Shown: positions 12,827 through 26,950, counted from the stretch's first letter. The stretch is 64,000 nucleotides of DNA from Glaucostegus cemiculus (GCA_976551045.1 CDPCPM010000010.1:37324001-37388000), one strand, 5' to 3'. Program-made: numbers and translations. Notes: generated by a model from the sequence alone, not told the origin.

Positions 12827-15271
12827 CTCATTATTTACAGTGTTCCTGTACTGCGCAGAATTGGGGGTTTGTAAGGTATCGCCATTTCCCAAAAAGCCAC
12901 TAGGAGCATAATTCTTACGCGTAGATCCACTGTTGGACAACCTGACATCCTTCTTTACAGAATGTGAACTTGAGCATGAATCATAGCGGAAGCTCTGAGA
13001 AAGTGGATCACCCCCAAACACCTCAACGTAGTTTGGTGGTATCTGAAGGCTTCTTTTGCCTCTGTGGAATCCATGTATTGAGTTTCTTGCTGTAAAGCAA
13101 CTACATGAGCCAAGAGGAGAGGTTCTATGGACCTTAATAGCGAGGATAATCAAAATCATGAGGAAAACAGACGAAGTGACCCCTAACGTTATTACGAGGT
13201 AAAAGCTGGTCTCAGAAGCAAACACGGGATCCTCAGACAAACTATTCACTTCTGACAGCATTTGTCTATCATTTCCAACTAAAGACAAGATGATTGTCAC
13301 TGTGGCTGTAAGTGGCGGTGATCCATCGTCCTTTACACAGATGACCAACCTTTGCTTAGCGGCGTCATTCTTCCTAATACTGCGTATTGTCCAGATTTCT
13401 CCCGTGTCCGGTGAAATGGTAAAGAGACCGACGTCAGTGGCTTGGAGAATCTGGTAGGCAAGACGAGCATTCTGGCCAGTGTCACTGTCCGTAGCAGAAA
13501 CCTTGGCAACCAGGTAACCTGGTTCTGCGAGCCGGGAAATGGTCTCTAACACAGTAGAACCGAATTCAGGTAACGGATGCACTATCACGGGAGCATTGTC
13601 GTTCTGATCCAAGATAATTACATCCACTGAAGCATTTCCAGAAAGTGGTGGGGAACCGGAGTCCCGTGCCTGAACCTGGATCTGAATTTTTTTGAGATGC
13701 TCGTAGTCGAAACTTCTCTGCGAAACTATGACACCACTGCGCGAGTTAATCGAGACATAAGTGGATATTGACATGCCCTGAATCTGAGTCTCCAAAATAA
13801 AATAGGACAGATGGGCGTTCCTATTTAAATCGGCATCTAAAGCAGTCACAGAGAATATGGATGCACCAATCGGGTTATTCTCCATCACATATGCTGTATA
13901 TATAGGCTGTGTGAACTGAGGTGGGTGATCATTTATATCCGAGACCTCCACCAGGATCGTTTTGTTGGCTGTCAGTGGAGGAATCCCGGCGTCGCTGCAC
14001 ACGATGGTTACATTATATGTTGAGACATGTTCACGATCCAGGGTCTCCCGGGTAACCAGTCTATAATAGTTATTTAAGGATGAATCTAGTTTAAACGGAA
14101 ACTGGCTAGGGATTTCACAATCTACGTGCCCGTTGTCAGCCGAATCCTTGTCTGTTGAACTGATCAGAGCCACTACAGACCCAGGGAGCGAATCTTCACC
14201 GACAGGGCTGAATAAAGATGTCAGTGTTATCACAGGCGCGTTGTCATTCACATCAACAACGTTAACCACCACGTGACAGTACACAGGAGTTGCGTAAGGA
14301 CCCTTATCTTTTGCTTGAACGTTAATCTCAAAAACACTATTTTCTTCGTAGTCCAGATTGTTTTTAACTCTGATTTCACCAGTTTTAGAATCCAGCCCAA
14401 ACATTTCACGAACTCTATTCGAAGTATGACTACTAAACGTATACACGATTTGTCCATTGAGTCCAGCATCCAAATCTTTGGCATCTAGTTTAATCACTAA
14501 CGTTCCTTTGGGTGCATTCTCCCGCAAACTGACCCTGTAGACCGGCTGGGGGAAAACAGGCGCGTTGTCATTGGCATCCTCTACAGCGATCATTATTTCA
14601 GCAGTGCCAGATCTCTCAGGAATCCCTCCGTCTTTAGCTATTAACACCAACCTGTGTGTACTTTCCTTTTCTCTGTCCAGCGGTCTTTCCAAGACTAATA
14701 CCGGTAACTTTCCGTCGCCACCCCGCGTCTCAACATCGAGGGAAAAATAGAGATTGTCTACTAGCTGATAGCGCTGTACAGAGTTGGTTCCAACGTCCGG
14801 GTCCTGTGCGCACTCCAGAGCGAAGCGCGTTCCAGGAGCAGCCACCTCTGATATTTCCAAATTGAACCGGCTCTGTGGAAAGCTCGGGGCATTGTCATTT
14901 ACATCCAAAATGTCCACTTGAAAATGATACACATTTAGAGGATTTTCAATCACCGCTTCCAAAGATAACGTGCAAGCGAGGCTCAGCCCACACAACTGTT
15001 CTCTGTCCATTTTTTCCCTCACAATCAAAACCCCATTGTCTAAATTTACGTCGATATACTGCTTGCTGGGCCCAGGCACAATTTGAAAACCGCGAGCTGA
15101 GAGTTCTTTTAATTCCAAATTCAAGTCCTCTGCGATGTTCCCAACAAAGGCGCCGACATTCAATTCTTCAGGAATCGAATAACGTATCTGTCCAGAAATT
15201 AGTTGCCAGGAAGGGATAATACAATATAAAAGTTGCCATTTCATTAGCCAATATAATTTATAAAATTCCAT
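12827..15271 (-). CDS. Clustered protocadherin variable exon V4
   Basis: 6 EC plus TM; ATG at 15271; donor GAG|GTGAGG at 12827|12826. Confidence 0.95.
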
Positions 15272-15512
15272 TTCCAGCGCAAAGCATTTCAAATGATTGA
15301 GAACAACGCGGCGCCGTTGAATAATTCCTGCTAAAAAGAGTAAATTATGATTCCATTTTGACTAATACAGCTGAATTGCATAAAAAACAAACGTTGTGCT
15401 TAAAAAATCTACGTAACGATTTCTGACAAACCTTATTTCTTCCAATTTCGCCAAAAGATGAACGTAAAGAACCGAATGTTAGAACAAGCAGCTCTACCCT
15501 GATACACGGTAT

Positions 15513-15692
15513 CTAGTCGTATATAATGGCGGAAGGGGAGGGTAGGGCAGCAGAGATCTCCAGTCACATTACAGCCGCTCATTGGTGAAAAAGGCTGACT
15601 TAAGTTCAGCCAATCACCACACGAAGCATTTCTTAAAGCTGGACTGCATTTATAAAACTTGGCTCAATTAACTATATTTAAGGTTGTACAAT
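15513..15692 (-). promoter_or_regulatory. Conserved promoter module of V4
   Basis: ATTGG 15581, CCAAT 15610, TTCTTAAAGC 15630. Confidence 0.8.
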
Positions 15693-16559
15693 ATAAAATC
15701 TAACCAACATTCTCTTCCATTATTTTAGATTCCGGTACACAAATATTAAATTCTAAGGTGTATTTTGCACCTAGTTGATATGCAATTCAATTCTGGGCGA
15801 AAGTTATACTTTACTGAATGCTTAGTCGGTTTAATTCACCGAAAGCAGGCTTACTTATCATTTCCTGTATATACTATTTAACATGTTTAAGTAACTTGAA
15901 CATCATCTCACATTACTCTCAGCACTACAGCAGTGTGTGAATATCAGATGACAAAAGTGAAAATAAAAAATATACAATTTCAATGCTTTCTTATGGCGGG
16001 AGGGAGATTAATAATTTTGAAAACGCAGCCCATCAAGTTGAAACAAATGTTTGCAACTGCAATGGTGTCCCACACTACAGCCTTTGCACCCTTAAAGGAC
16101 TAATGTCAAATGGAATTGGATGGCTTATGAACACAGTGACCCAGAGATGACTTGTCATTTTTCCTACAAACAAGTGTGCAAATGTTTAACTGCAACAATG
16201 TATTGTAGCGTTGAGAATGCTGCACTGTCACAGATATCATATTCCAGACGAGACTCTGTCTGGTCTCCATGGGATGCCGAAGTTCCCTTGCATTATTTTG
16301 GAGAGCAGAGGACTTCGCCTCGATGTCATGACCAACACCTATTACCCCTCCGCCAGGATATGTTAAACAGGTTAACTCTCTTTATTCCACATTGAGGTTT
16401 ATGGTAGCTGCACGCATATTGGCTGCCATTTTCCACCTGAGGAGGTGAAAAGTTTCAACTGTGAGTTCAACTGGACACGTTGGTTTGTGGGAGATTTGAC
16501 TGTGGAGTATTCATTCACACGAGACTTGGAAAAAAAGAGGGAAGACAATTGGATGAGGG

Positions 16560-16830
16560 AAGTCAAAATCAACGGAATTGATCGAAGGGATTGGGATGCG
16601 GATTACAGGTGATATAAGAAAACATTTTTCATGAAGCGATTGGCAGGGGTTCTGAACTCACTGTCTGAAAGGCTGTTAGATGCAGAACCCTCTTTACATT
16701 TGAAAAGCGCAGGAATGCTTACTTGAGGAGCATAAGCTGCAGGAAAAGCGATTAAACACTGGAAGACAGGAATGGATTGGATAGATCTTTTTCAACCGGC
16801 ACAGAACGATGGGCTAAGGACCTCCTTCTG
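16560..16830 (+). mobile_element. Degenerate CR1-type LINE 3' end
   Basis: Decayed RKxFFxxRxxxxxNSL-like coding remnant followed by tail ACGATGGGCTAAGGACCTCCTTCTG; recognised by eye only. Confidence 0.45.
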
Positions 16831-17140
16831 TTTCGGACATTTTTTGTCAATCCATGATAACAAAATCGAATTCAAACATTACTTCTTTGGTTATAACAAG
16901 CTTTTCAACCCCTCGAATCAACTTCAGGATCAACTTCATGTTTTAATATTGCACAGTAAAATGGTGGCAATAGCAATTATTTAACCGTAAACTGACGGAA
17001 ACACCTATTGGATAAGACACTTCTGCTCCGGTATGCGTCGTATAACTCGCACAAGCAAAGCAAGGTCTTATCTTCCTGATGCCAACCAGCTTCCAGATGT
17101 TCAGTTAACACCGACCTCTCCTACCAGACAGGCTTCTCAC

Positions 17141-19606
17141 CTCAGAATGAGCAGACTTCCCGCAATTCGTGAATAATACACTTCCTCCATTTGTAATAGC
17201 CCCACCGGAGGCTCTGTTCTTTCCTTTCGATGAACCATTGGTGTTTGGGAACGGGAAGTCTCCCTTTGTTGAACATGCCATGGAACAAGTCTCATAGCGG
17301 TAACTTTGTGAAAGCGGATCACCCCCAAATACTTCAACATAGTTGGGAGGAATGTGAAGGCTGCGGCTGGCTTTCTGAATTCCATTCAGTGATTGCCTTG
17401 TACCAAAGCAACCACACGGGCCCAGTACAGAACCGTGGTCCTCAAACATATTTCTGTTTTTGTAAACTTTAACAGCTAGTACAATTAAAATCACCAGAAA
17501 AATGGACGAAATTATTCCTAATGAAATCACTACGTAGAGGCTGGTTTCATAAGCAACGTTGGGTCCTTGCAACAAGCCGTTCCTGTCGGACAATAACGTT
17601 TCCTCACCATCTATCAACGACAAAATAATATTTATTGAAGCAGAAAGTGCTGGTGTCCCATTGTCACTCACTTGGACAACCAAAGACTGTTTGGTTGCAT
17701 CGGTCTTTGCAATAGCACGAGTTGTCCATATTTCTCCCGTGTCCTCTGAAATAGTAAATAGTCGCAAGTCAGTAGCTTGGAGGATCCGATAGAAGAGGCG
17801 AGCATTTTGCCCCGAGTCGGCATCTGTAGCCGTAACTTTGGTCACTGGATGGCCTGCTTCAGCGAATCGGGATACAACCTCCGTGGCCGTTGGCCCATGC
17901 TCGGTTAATGGATGAACGATCACTGGGGCGTTATCATTCTGGTCAAGGATGATGACATCTACGGAAGCATTGCTGGAAAGTGATGGGACTCCACGGTCAC
18001 GTGCCTGAATCTGGATCTGAAAGGTTTTTAACTGTTCGTAGTCAAAAGATATGTAAGAATAAATAATGCCAGTCTCCGAATTAATATAGATATAATTGTT
18101 CACTGACTGGCCCCCTAACCAACTTTCCAGAATATCATACGATATTCGAGCATTTTCATCCAGGTCTGGATCAAAAGCCGTCACTGAGAAAATCGAGGCA
18201 CCGATGTTATTGTTCTCCATCACGTATGTAGTGAACAAAGTTTGAGAAAATTGTGGGGAGTTGTCGTTTCTGTCTGAAACCTCAATCAGGATGGTTTTGT
18301 TAGTGGTGAGATGCGGAGTTCCTCCATCTCTGCAGGTAATAGTTACATCGTACATGGAGATAGATTCACGGTCGAGGAGGTCTCGGGTGAGTAATCTTAA
18401 GTGCTTCTTCGAGGAAGAATCCAGCGTGAAAGGCACTTTATTTCCTACTTGGCACTGGAGTTGTCCATTCTTGCCAGGATCTCTATCAGACGCACTTATT
18501 AGAGCTACTACAGTTCCAGGTGGCGATTCCTCCGGTACTGGGCTTGATAAAGATGTTAGGGTTATCTCAGGCGCATTATCATTTACATCTAAAATAGTCA
18601 ATAAAATATGACTGTACACGGGGACAGCATTAGAGCCCTTGTCTTTTGCTTGTATAATAATATCAAATGTACTATATTCTTCATAATCTAAATTGGTATT
18701 AAGTTTTATTTCACCAGTATGAGTATCCAAACCAAAAATCTCACGGACTCTGGCAGAGGTATGACTACTGAAAGAATACAGAATCTCTCCGTTGGAACCA
18801 TCGTCCAAATCAGTGGCATTTACTTGTAGCACTGATGTCCCTTCAGTCACATTTTCTAATAAACTGGTCTTGTAAACCGACCGAGAGAATACCGGTGTAT
18901 TATCGTTTGCATCTTCCACTGCGATATTAATTTGAGCTGTGCCTGACCTTTCGGGGACCCCGCCATCTTTTGCTAAGAGCAGTAGTCTGTGGTTCGAATG
19001 CTTCTCCCTGTCCAGGGGTTGTTCCAGTACTAAAACAGGCAACTTCCAATCTGCAATTCCAGCTTCAACATTTAATACAAAGTACTCATTTGCAGCTAGT
19101 TGGTAGGTTTGAACGGAGTTGGTTCCAATATCCGGATCGTGGGCGCACTCGAGAGGGAAGCGCGCCCCTGGCGCGGTAAGCTCAGAGATTGTAAGGCGGA
19201 TCTGGCTTTTTGGGAAACTAGGAGAGTTGTCGTTAATATCCAGAATATCCACTTCGATTTGGTACAGATTGAGAGGATTTTCAAGCACGGCCTCCAAAGA
19301 CAGAGCGCAAGTGAGGCTTGGACCACAGAGTTCCTCCCTGTCAATATTTTCCTTTACAAACAAAATACCATTGTTTAAATCCACTTCCAAATACTGCTTT
19401 CTTTCACCTGAGACAAGACGAAAATTACGAGAGGCGAGCTGTTTAACATCTAAACCTAAATCGTCAGCAATATTCCCAATAAAGGCGCCTCGCTGCAATT
19501 CTTCAGGAATCGAATAATGAATCTCAGCCAAAACAAGCTCCCAGGAGATAAGCATGTAACACAACAGTTCCCATTTTAAGAAACAAAATATGTTATAACA
19601 TCTCAT
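17141..19606 (-). CDS. Clustered protocadherin variable exon V5
   Basis: 6 EC plus TM; ATG at 19606; donor GAG|GTGAGA at 17141|17140. Confidence 0.95.
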
Positions 19607-19850
19607 CGCCGGCGTTAAACATTCCAATGGCTTCGGTGCGATACTGTGGCTTTCGGTTTATTCCTGTGATTAAAAAATTATTTATACCTTCATGAGAAAG
19701 GCTTCCTTGTAAAAGAATATATTTTCTTTCAATAAATTGTCCCGATTGTTTGGTGAACCTCCCCAGTTTGTTGCTGAAATCCGCATTAGATAGATCCACG
19801 AGAACTGCTGCAACCCAACGCAGCTCGCTGTCCAATTTCCATTGTTTCGT

Positions 19851-20009
19851 GTTCGTATGTAATGGTGGAAGGGAAGAGGCAGTCAGGATCTCCAGTCACA
19901 GAGCAGCTGCTGATTGGTGGGCCATAGTCAACCAATCAGAACTATGTTCACTTCTTAAAGCTAGGCTGTCCTGTTAAAGCGACATTGCCTACAATTATTG
20001 TTGCACAAT
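19851..20009 (-). promoter_or_regulatory. Conserved promoter module of V5
   Basis: ATTGG 19913, CCAAT 19932, TTCTTAAAGC 19952. Confidence 0.8.
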
Positions 20010-21409
20010 CAATATACATTAACACACTTTAACATTCAATATTTTCGATATTTTCTTTCCACTGTGAAATCTTTCTAATATATTGAAACTTGCCCTGTTC
20101 AGAACATGCGTCAAGAAGAGCATGCTCATAAGTAATACATTTTCTAAAGGCAGGCACTCGGTTATTTTGATGTAATTATTCATGAAACAGATTTAACTGC
20201 CTTTAAATGTTATTAGTCATGTATGATCTCTCGAGAAACAAACAATTTATACTATATCTGGAAGGAAGGAATACTGCACTGGATTAGCCACCAGCTTGCA
20301 TTAACGTTTAGTTTCCGGGTCAGAATCCTCTGGGTTCAAAGGACAAGGGCCTTTGCGTAAAATTTGTGTAAAATTTATGCAGAATTATCCAAGCGCACTG
20401 ATATATTCTACATAGATGCACTGATGCCACCAGGGCTTACAGAGGCAGAAAACCATGAACGCACAAACAAATTCTGCTAATTGCACTTGACCACTTATTA
20501 GGACGAGATCTAAGTAGCTCCTCTCCCTTGCTTTCCCCGTTGTCTTACTGCTAATTCCAAGCTTTATAAAGTTCTTCAAAAGTCATTGGCGAAACTTCAT
20601 TCAGCCTTCGTTTAGGCAGGCTATCCAGATCATAACAATTCTATGCATGGAAACTCTCCTCTAGCTGCAGCTGTATTGTAGAGAGCGTTGGTTATGTCTG
20701 GCGTGAGAACACTTGGTAAACGCCGGATTGTTGAATTTGATATCCAGGGCTAAAGAAGAAGTCAGAAGTGTTGGTAATACTAACGCACTCGGTCATCTTC
20801 ATATCAAGATCTTCAAAATCACCTTTCCTATCCATTTCCCAATCCCTTTCATTTTCTGCGCTGAACTCAGATCAACATTCAAATGTAACAATCCAGTGTT
20901 AGTATCAAATGTTTTCTCATCAGGTACAACCAACTATTCATTCTGCAGAAAGGAACAAAGTAGAGATAACAATGATTTTTTTTTATGATTGTAAGTTTTT
21001 CTTGTGACCTTCACAGAAGAAGTGGATGTTGAATATATTCATGCATGTATTTTACTTATCAAACCAGGCAGTGCACAAACGACTCCCCGGTATTTGTATG
21101 GTTTTCTTCACTAACTCTGACAGTAATCCTATATCACCTGGCATTTTAACCTATTGTCAATAACTAGGTATTTACTCAGACTATGGTTATTTTGTTACCA
21201 TTTTCCTTCAGAACCTTGAAAATGGTGAAACTTCTCATTTCCATTAATGATGTTCTTAAATACGTTGATCTTGGCTTTCACCTCTAATTCCCTATATCCT
21301 TTAGAATCTCGCTTTGTCACTAAAGGCCCTACATTTGGATATACTATCCCAGATGGAATCTAAGTACCTTTTATTACAATGCACAGATTATTTTCTTTCT
21401 CGGATGTTT

Positions 21410-21860
21410 TAGATATTAAGGCAATCAAGGCATGTGAGGCTGGTGCGTGTAGGTGGCGCAGAGATAAATGATCAGCCATGATCTTGTTGAATGGTGGAGC
21501 AGGCAAGCACTCAACCGCCCAAAGCAAACAACAAACTGCTGGAGGAACTCAGCGGGTCAAGCAGCATCTCTGAATGCAGAGGAATAGTCCACGTTTACGA
21601 GCCAGTATAAAGATGAGGGGGAGGGTTGACGCTGGAGCTACTGACCGACAGGTGGATCCAAGTGAGAAGATTTGATGGGCAGATGGAGTCAGGTGAGAGG
21701 GTGGGTGGTTGGGGGGTGGAAATAGCGTCAGAGGCTGGAAGGTAATAGGTGGAGACAACAAAGGACTTCAGATTATGGTATCTGATAGGAGAGGTGGTGG
21801 TAGATCCAGATAAGGAGGGGCCTAATCTAGTTGCACTCACGAATGGCCTAGTTCTGTTAC
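21410..21860. mobile_element. CR1 tail interrupted by a Penelope-like fragment (~21510-21835)
   Basis: CR1-like tail GATCAGCCATGATCTTGTTGAATGGTGGAGCAGGC resumes as GAATGGCCTAGTTCTG at ~21841; the insert contains CTGGAGGAACTCAGCGGGTCAAGCAGCATCT and a G-rich tract. Confidence 0.5.
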
Positions 21861-22002
21861 CATGCTGAGTGTTCTTATGCTACTAACATCGATATAATTA
21901 TACATGTTTATAGACAATAAGGAGGACATTCGCCTGATCGAGTCGATTCCAGTCCAATCCATGCGCATTGCATGATTAATTAATTGTTCACCTTTACTTC
22001 GA

Positions 22003-22112
22003 CATACACACCACGTGTACACACGCACACAGACACGCACACAGACACACACAGACACAGACATACACACACACGCACACAAAATCCTCCCCCCCCCCAC
22101 ACACACAAACAC
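22003..22112 (+). repeat. Imperfect (CA)n/(CACAGA)n microsatellite
   Basis: Directly visible. Confidence 0.9.
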
Positions 22113-22544
22113 AATGCTGGTTCCTACTTCACCCGCTCCCATTTAGATCACGTGACCCCGAGAATTATAAAGCGCATATACTGTATCTGTTCCAGCACTT
22201 TGATGACACCACATCGTCATCAAATCAATCAAAGCTGAACAGCATTTCCTAATATATTAGCTGATATCAAGTGTTCGTTATGATTTGTTATACATCAATC
22301 CAGATGAACAATGTACCTGACATCACGTTCAAGTCTGACCGATGGTTGAACATCTACTCTCTATCTGATAGCAATGAAGTTTTATCTTACACGTGCAACG
22401 AACTGATGTCACCTACAACACACAATTATACGACCAATTAATTGAATAAATAGAAGAAACTGCAAAAACAACCAGAATTATTTCATAAAGTGTTGATGCT
22501 GAATCAATTTGAAGAGTGTCAGGGAAATTAGGAAAAGCGCAATG

Positions 22545-22792
22545 GAGACACAAGAGACTGCAGATGCTGGGAATATGGAGCAACACACAAAAAATCTGGA
22601 GGAACAGCAGGCCAGGCGGCATCTGTGGAGGAAAACGGACAGTTGGCGTTTCGGCTCGAGAACCTTCATCAGGATTGGGCTTGATATCAGCCAGTCCTAA
22701 TGAAGGGTCGCCACCCAAAACGTCGACTGTCCATTTCCCTCCATAGATGCTGCCTGACCCATCGAGTTCCTCCAGTACTGTGTGTGTTGCTG
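22545..22792. mobile_element. Palindromic Penelope-like terminal element with two hammerhead-ribozyme relics
   Basis: ~105-bp inverted arms around GGCTTGATATCAGCC; CTGATGA..GAAAC core on - strand (22640-22677) and CAGTC-CTAATGA-AGGGT-CGCC-ACCC-AAAA-CGTC-GACTG on + strand (22692-22729). Confidence 0.7.
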
Positions 22793-22903
22793 AGGAAAAG
22801 AGCAATGCGTTATTTAAGAAACATTATCTGTGGCAATTCAGCGCGGCCATATAAAGTTTACAAGGTGCATTTATGGATCAGCAAAGTTACACAGCTGTCT
22901 CAC

Positions 22904-25357
22904 CTTGCTAATGTTGCTACAATTGTTAGAATGTGCTGATTGCAACTGTTCATTATTGCACGCAATTTCACCCCCGGCATCATTACTGCATCCGTTGGAG
23001 TATAAGAAATCTCCCTTGGTCGAATTGGAAGTGGAGCAGGTCCCGTAGCGGAACCTTTGAGAAAGAGGATCGCCCCCAAATACTTCAACATAATTCGGGG
23101 GTATATGGAGAGTTCTCCCGCCCTTTTGGAAGCCATTCATCGAGGTTCTTGCTGGAAAGCAACAGCATGTATCCAGGGAACAGGTATAGCCGCCAAAACC
23201 ATTTTTGGTTTTGTAAACTGTGATGGCAAGACCGATTAAAATGACAAAGAAAGTGAACGAGATTATTCCTAAAGCGATAACAAAGTAGAAGCTTATATCA
23301 CCGGAAAACCCAACATCTTTAGACAAGTTGTTCACACGAGAAAGAATTTCTGTATCATCTTCTGCCACCGACAAGATGAGAGTAATTGTAGCAGAAAGTG
23401 ACGGCGTCCCATTATCATTTACCGCAGCGACCAGCCTTTGCTTGTTTGCATCTTTCCTCGCGAAGTCGCGGATTGTCCAAATTTCTCCTGTATCAGGTGA
23501 GATGGTGAAAAGTCCGGCGTCAGTTGATTGGAGAATCTGGTAAGAGAGTCGTGCATTCTGTCCCGAGTCAGCATCCGTGGCAGTGATCTTGGTGACCAGG
23601 TAACCTGGCTCTGCGAGGCGGGATATTGTCTCCAATGCTGTTGAGCCATACTCTGTGGCAGGGTGCACGATCACCGGGGCGTTGTCATTCTGGTCAAGGA
23701 TAATTACATCCACCGAAGTGGTGGCAGTGCGTGGCGGGTCTCCAGAGTCCCTGGCCTGGATTTGTATCTGAAAGTTTTTGAGTTGTTCGTAATCGAAAGT
23801 TCTCTGAGCAATTATAACACCGTTTTTGGAATTGACACTGACATAATTGGATATGGGCTCGTTCAGTGATAGTCTTTCCAGAACTGAGTAAAATATTTTG
23901 GAGTTCTGGTTCAAGTCTGGATCAAGAGCCGTCACTGTGATGATTGAAGCCCCTATGACGTTGTTCTCCATCACGTAAGCCGTATAGGAAGGCTGCGTAA
24001 AGTGCGGCGCGTTGTCATTAATATCCGAAACTTCCATTGTAATTGTTTTACTGGTTGTGAGAGGAGGAGACCCCAAATCACTGCACATGATAGGAATGTC
24101 ATAGCTCGAGGTATTTTCTCTGTCCAGCAACTCATGAGTAAGTAATCTGTAATAATTCCTCAACGACGAATCCAGCACGAAGGGTAGTCTGGCTGCGATT
24201 TCACACTCCACCTGCCCATTTTCTCCAGAGTCATGGTCCGATACACCGATCAGAGCAACCACTGTCCCGGGTGGTGAATCCTCACGGATAGGGCTGAATA
24301 AAGAGGTTAACTTCACCTCAGGGGCGTTATCATTGACATCGATAATATTAACCAGAACGTGACAGTATCCGGGACTTGGGTTAGTCCCCTGGTCCAGTGC
24401 CTGTACATTAATTTCAAATATACTGTATTCCTCATAGTCCACATTTCCTTTAACTCTGATTTCCCCTGTTTTGGAATCCACAGAAAATAATTCACGGACT
24501 CTTGCAGACGTGTGACTACTGAATGAGTACAATATGTCTCCATTCGAGCCATCGTCTAAATCAGTGGCATTTAATTTGATAACCAGTGTTCCTTTGGGCA
24601 CATTTTCTGGCAGACTAATTCTGTAAACGGAGTTTGGGAAGACGGGTGCGTTGTCGTTTTCGTCCTGCACTACAATTATTATTTCAGCCGTGCCAGTTTT
24701 AGCAGGGATCCCCCCGTCTTTGGCTAGCAGTCCCAACTTATGTGTCGCTTGCTTTTCTCTATCCAAAGGCCGTTCGAGCACTAATACTGGCAACTTACCG
24801 TCCCCACCGCGCGAGTCAATATTCAATACGAAATATTCGTTAGCAGTCAGCTGGTAGGTTTGCAGGGAATTGGTTCCAACGTCCGGATCGTGTGCACACT
24901 CCAAGGCGTAGCGCGCTCCGGGTGCAGCTAGCTCCGAGATTTTAAGGCGAATCTGGCTGTCCGGGAAACTGGGAGCATTGTCGTTTACATCCAGAATCTC
25001 CACTTCGATGTGATACACAGTCAAAGGATTTTCGACCACAGCCTCCAAAGACAAAATGCACGTGAGGCTCGCTCCACACAACCGCTCCCTGTCGATTTTC
25101 TCTGTAACAAACATAATTCCATTGTCTAAATTTACCTCCAAGTACTGTTTCCGGGAACCAGGCACAATCTGAAAATTGCGAGCTGAGAGCTCCTTTGCAC
25201 GTAGCCCCAGATCGTCCGCGATATTTCCAACAAAGGCGCCCAGTTGCAGCTCTTCAGGAATCGAATAACGAATCTGTCCAGAAGCCAATGCCCAGTTCAA
25301 GAAAAAACAATACAGCAGTTGCCAGTTTAGCCTCCAAAATATTTGATAATATCCCAT
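22904..25357 (-). CDS. Clustered protocadherin variable exon V6
   Basis: 6 EC plus TM; ATG at 25357; donor AAG|GTGAGA at 22904|22903. Confidence 0.95.
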
Positions 25358-25584
25358 TGCCGGCACAAATCATTCCAATTGCTTCAGCGCTATACGGCGC
25401 CGTTGGTTCAGTTCTGAAAATTAATTTCTTGATATATAATTTCCGTGGTGAACAAGCGTTACAAGGCACAAAAATCTGAGGTTGCGAGTCGTTGAGATTT
25501 TTTTCCGTGTTTCTCTGAAGCTGCCGAGTAGCCGAATAAACCAAGCAAACATTTCGCAGTCCGCCATTCAGGTTTTCACTGTGT

Positions 25585-25766
25585 CTGATCGTCTGTGACG
25601 GTGGATGGGGAGGAAAGAGGGCAGTCAAGATCGCTAGTCGCTTCGCTGCTCTTGATTGGCCAACGGAGTCCCTCACGTTCAACCAATCCTTGCACTGAGC
25701 GTTTCTTAAAGCTGCAATGTCTTCTCAATATTATTTGGTTAAAGTTAACATTTACAACTGTGCAGT
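25585..25766 (-). promoter_or_regulatory. Conserved promoter module of V6
   Basis: ATTGG 25655, CCAAT 25683, TTCTTAAAGC 25703. Confidence 0.8.
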
Positions 25767-26744
25767 TAAAAATCCAATCTTCCTTTCCCCTTATAATTAT
25801 GATCTTACTTGCTAAATTAATCCTGGAAAAATGTTTTATAACGAATACATTTAATAATATTTCCCTCTCGCTGTACAATGTATGTATATCCAACTTGTTC
25901 TTATGAACCCTTATTTTTTCTGGTTATTTCGCCACTAATCCCACTTTATTCAACTAAACATGATAAATTGTAACATAATAGCTATTCCATTCTCACAGAG
26001 GCAATATTTTATCATCTAAATTTTGGAATTACTTTGTGAACAGAAAACGTTGGGAAATATGATACCAGAACCGATTAAAAGCAGAATGGACCTTGGCTGA
26101 CAGGGAAACGATGAGTTAAAATCCGTTCAGTTCATTGCTTGTAAACATTTGGTGTAATTGTAATGCAATTCTGGTTAATACCTGGTGTAAATGAATAATG
26201 AAACGTTCACTAAGCAAAACATTCGACACTTCAATCTGAAGCCCCCAGCCTTATAAAAATCTCTCAAAGCAATAAAATATTTAATTTTCTTGATGCAATG
26301 GCTGACACAATATGGGCAAAAAAATTTAAGTTATTTTCTGAACAGAATGCCATGGCCATTAGTATCATCATTTGACTTATTCAAAGCATAATGAGAGGAA
26401 AGAACATTTGTCGGCATATTGAAATAATTCCAGCCATTGGATCTACATCAGGTTTAGATATTAAGTAACCTGTTTGCAAACCCTGCACGGATATCTAATG
26501 TTGCTCACAAGGAAATTGTTGTGCGCATGTCTGGTAATAAACATGCTGAGAGTTCTTCCTCTCATTGCCAAAAGTAAACATACACAGACAGTGTGGGATA
26601 ACCTCAACGTGCAGAAATTCAAATATGCTCAAGTGTGTTTCAAGAGTATCCATGAAGTCACGTGAATCTTCAGAAAGCACTTTAAAAAAAGATTTGATAA
26701 TATCTTTGTAAAAAATGTGAACAACTGCAGAGAGATACGGGCAC

Positions 26745-26950
26745 AAAGAACATCAGAAATAACAGCTGAACTATATCATCCAGTCCCTGGAGCCTGCTCC
26801 ACAATTCATCATGATCATAGCAGATCTCACCTTTGGACCTTAACTCTGTCCCCATAATCTTTGATTCTGCTGTACATATAAAATCTTTCCACCTCTGTCT
26901 TGAATATGCTCAATGACTCAACATACGTAGATCATTGGTGAAGGTAATTG
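26745..26950 (-). mobile_element. Degenerate CR1-type tail
   Basis: GAGCCTGCTCCACAATTCATCATGATCATAGCAGATC is a reverse-complement match to the tail at 21470-21505. Confidence 0.5.
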
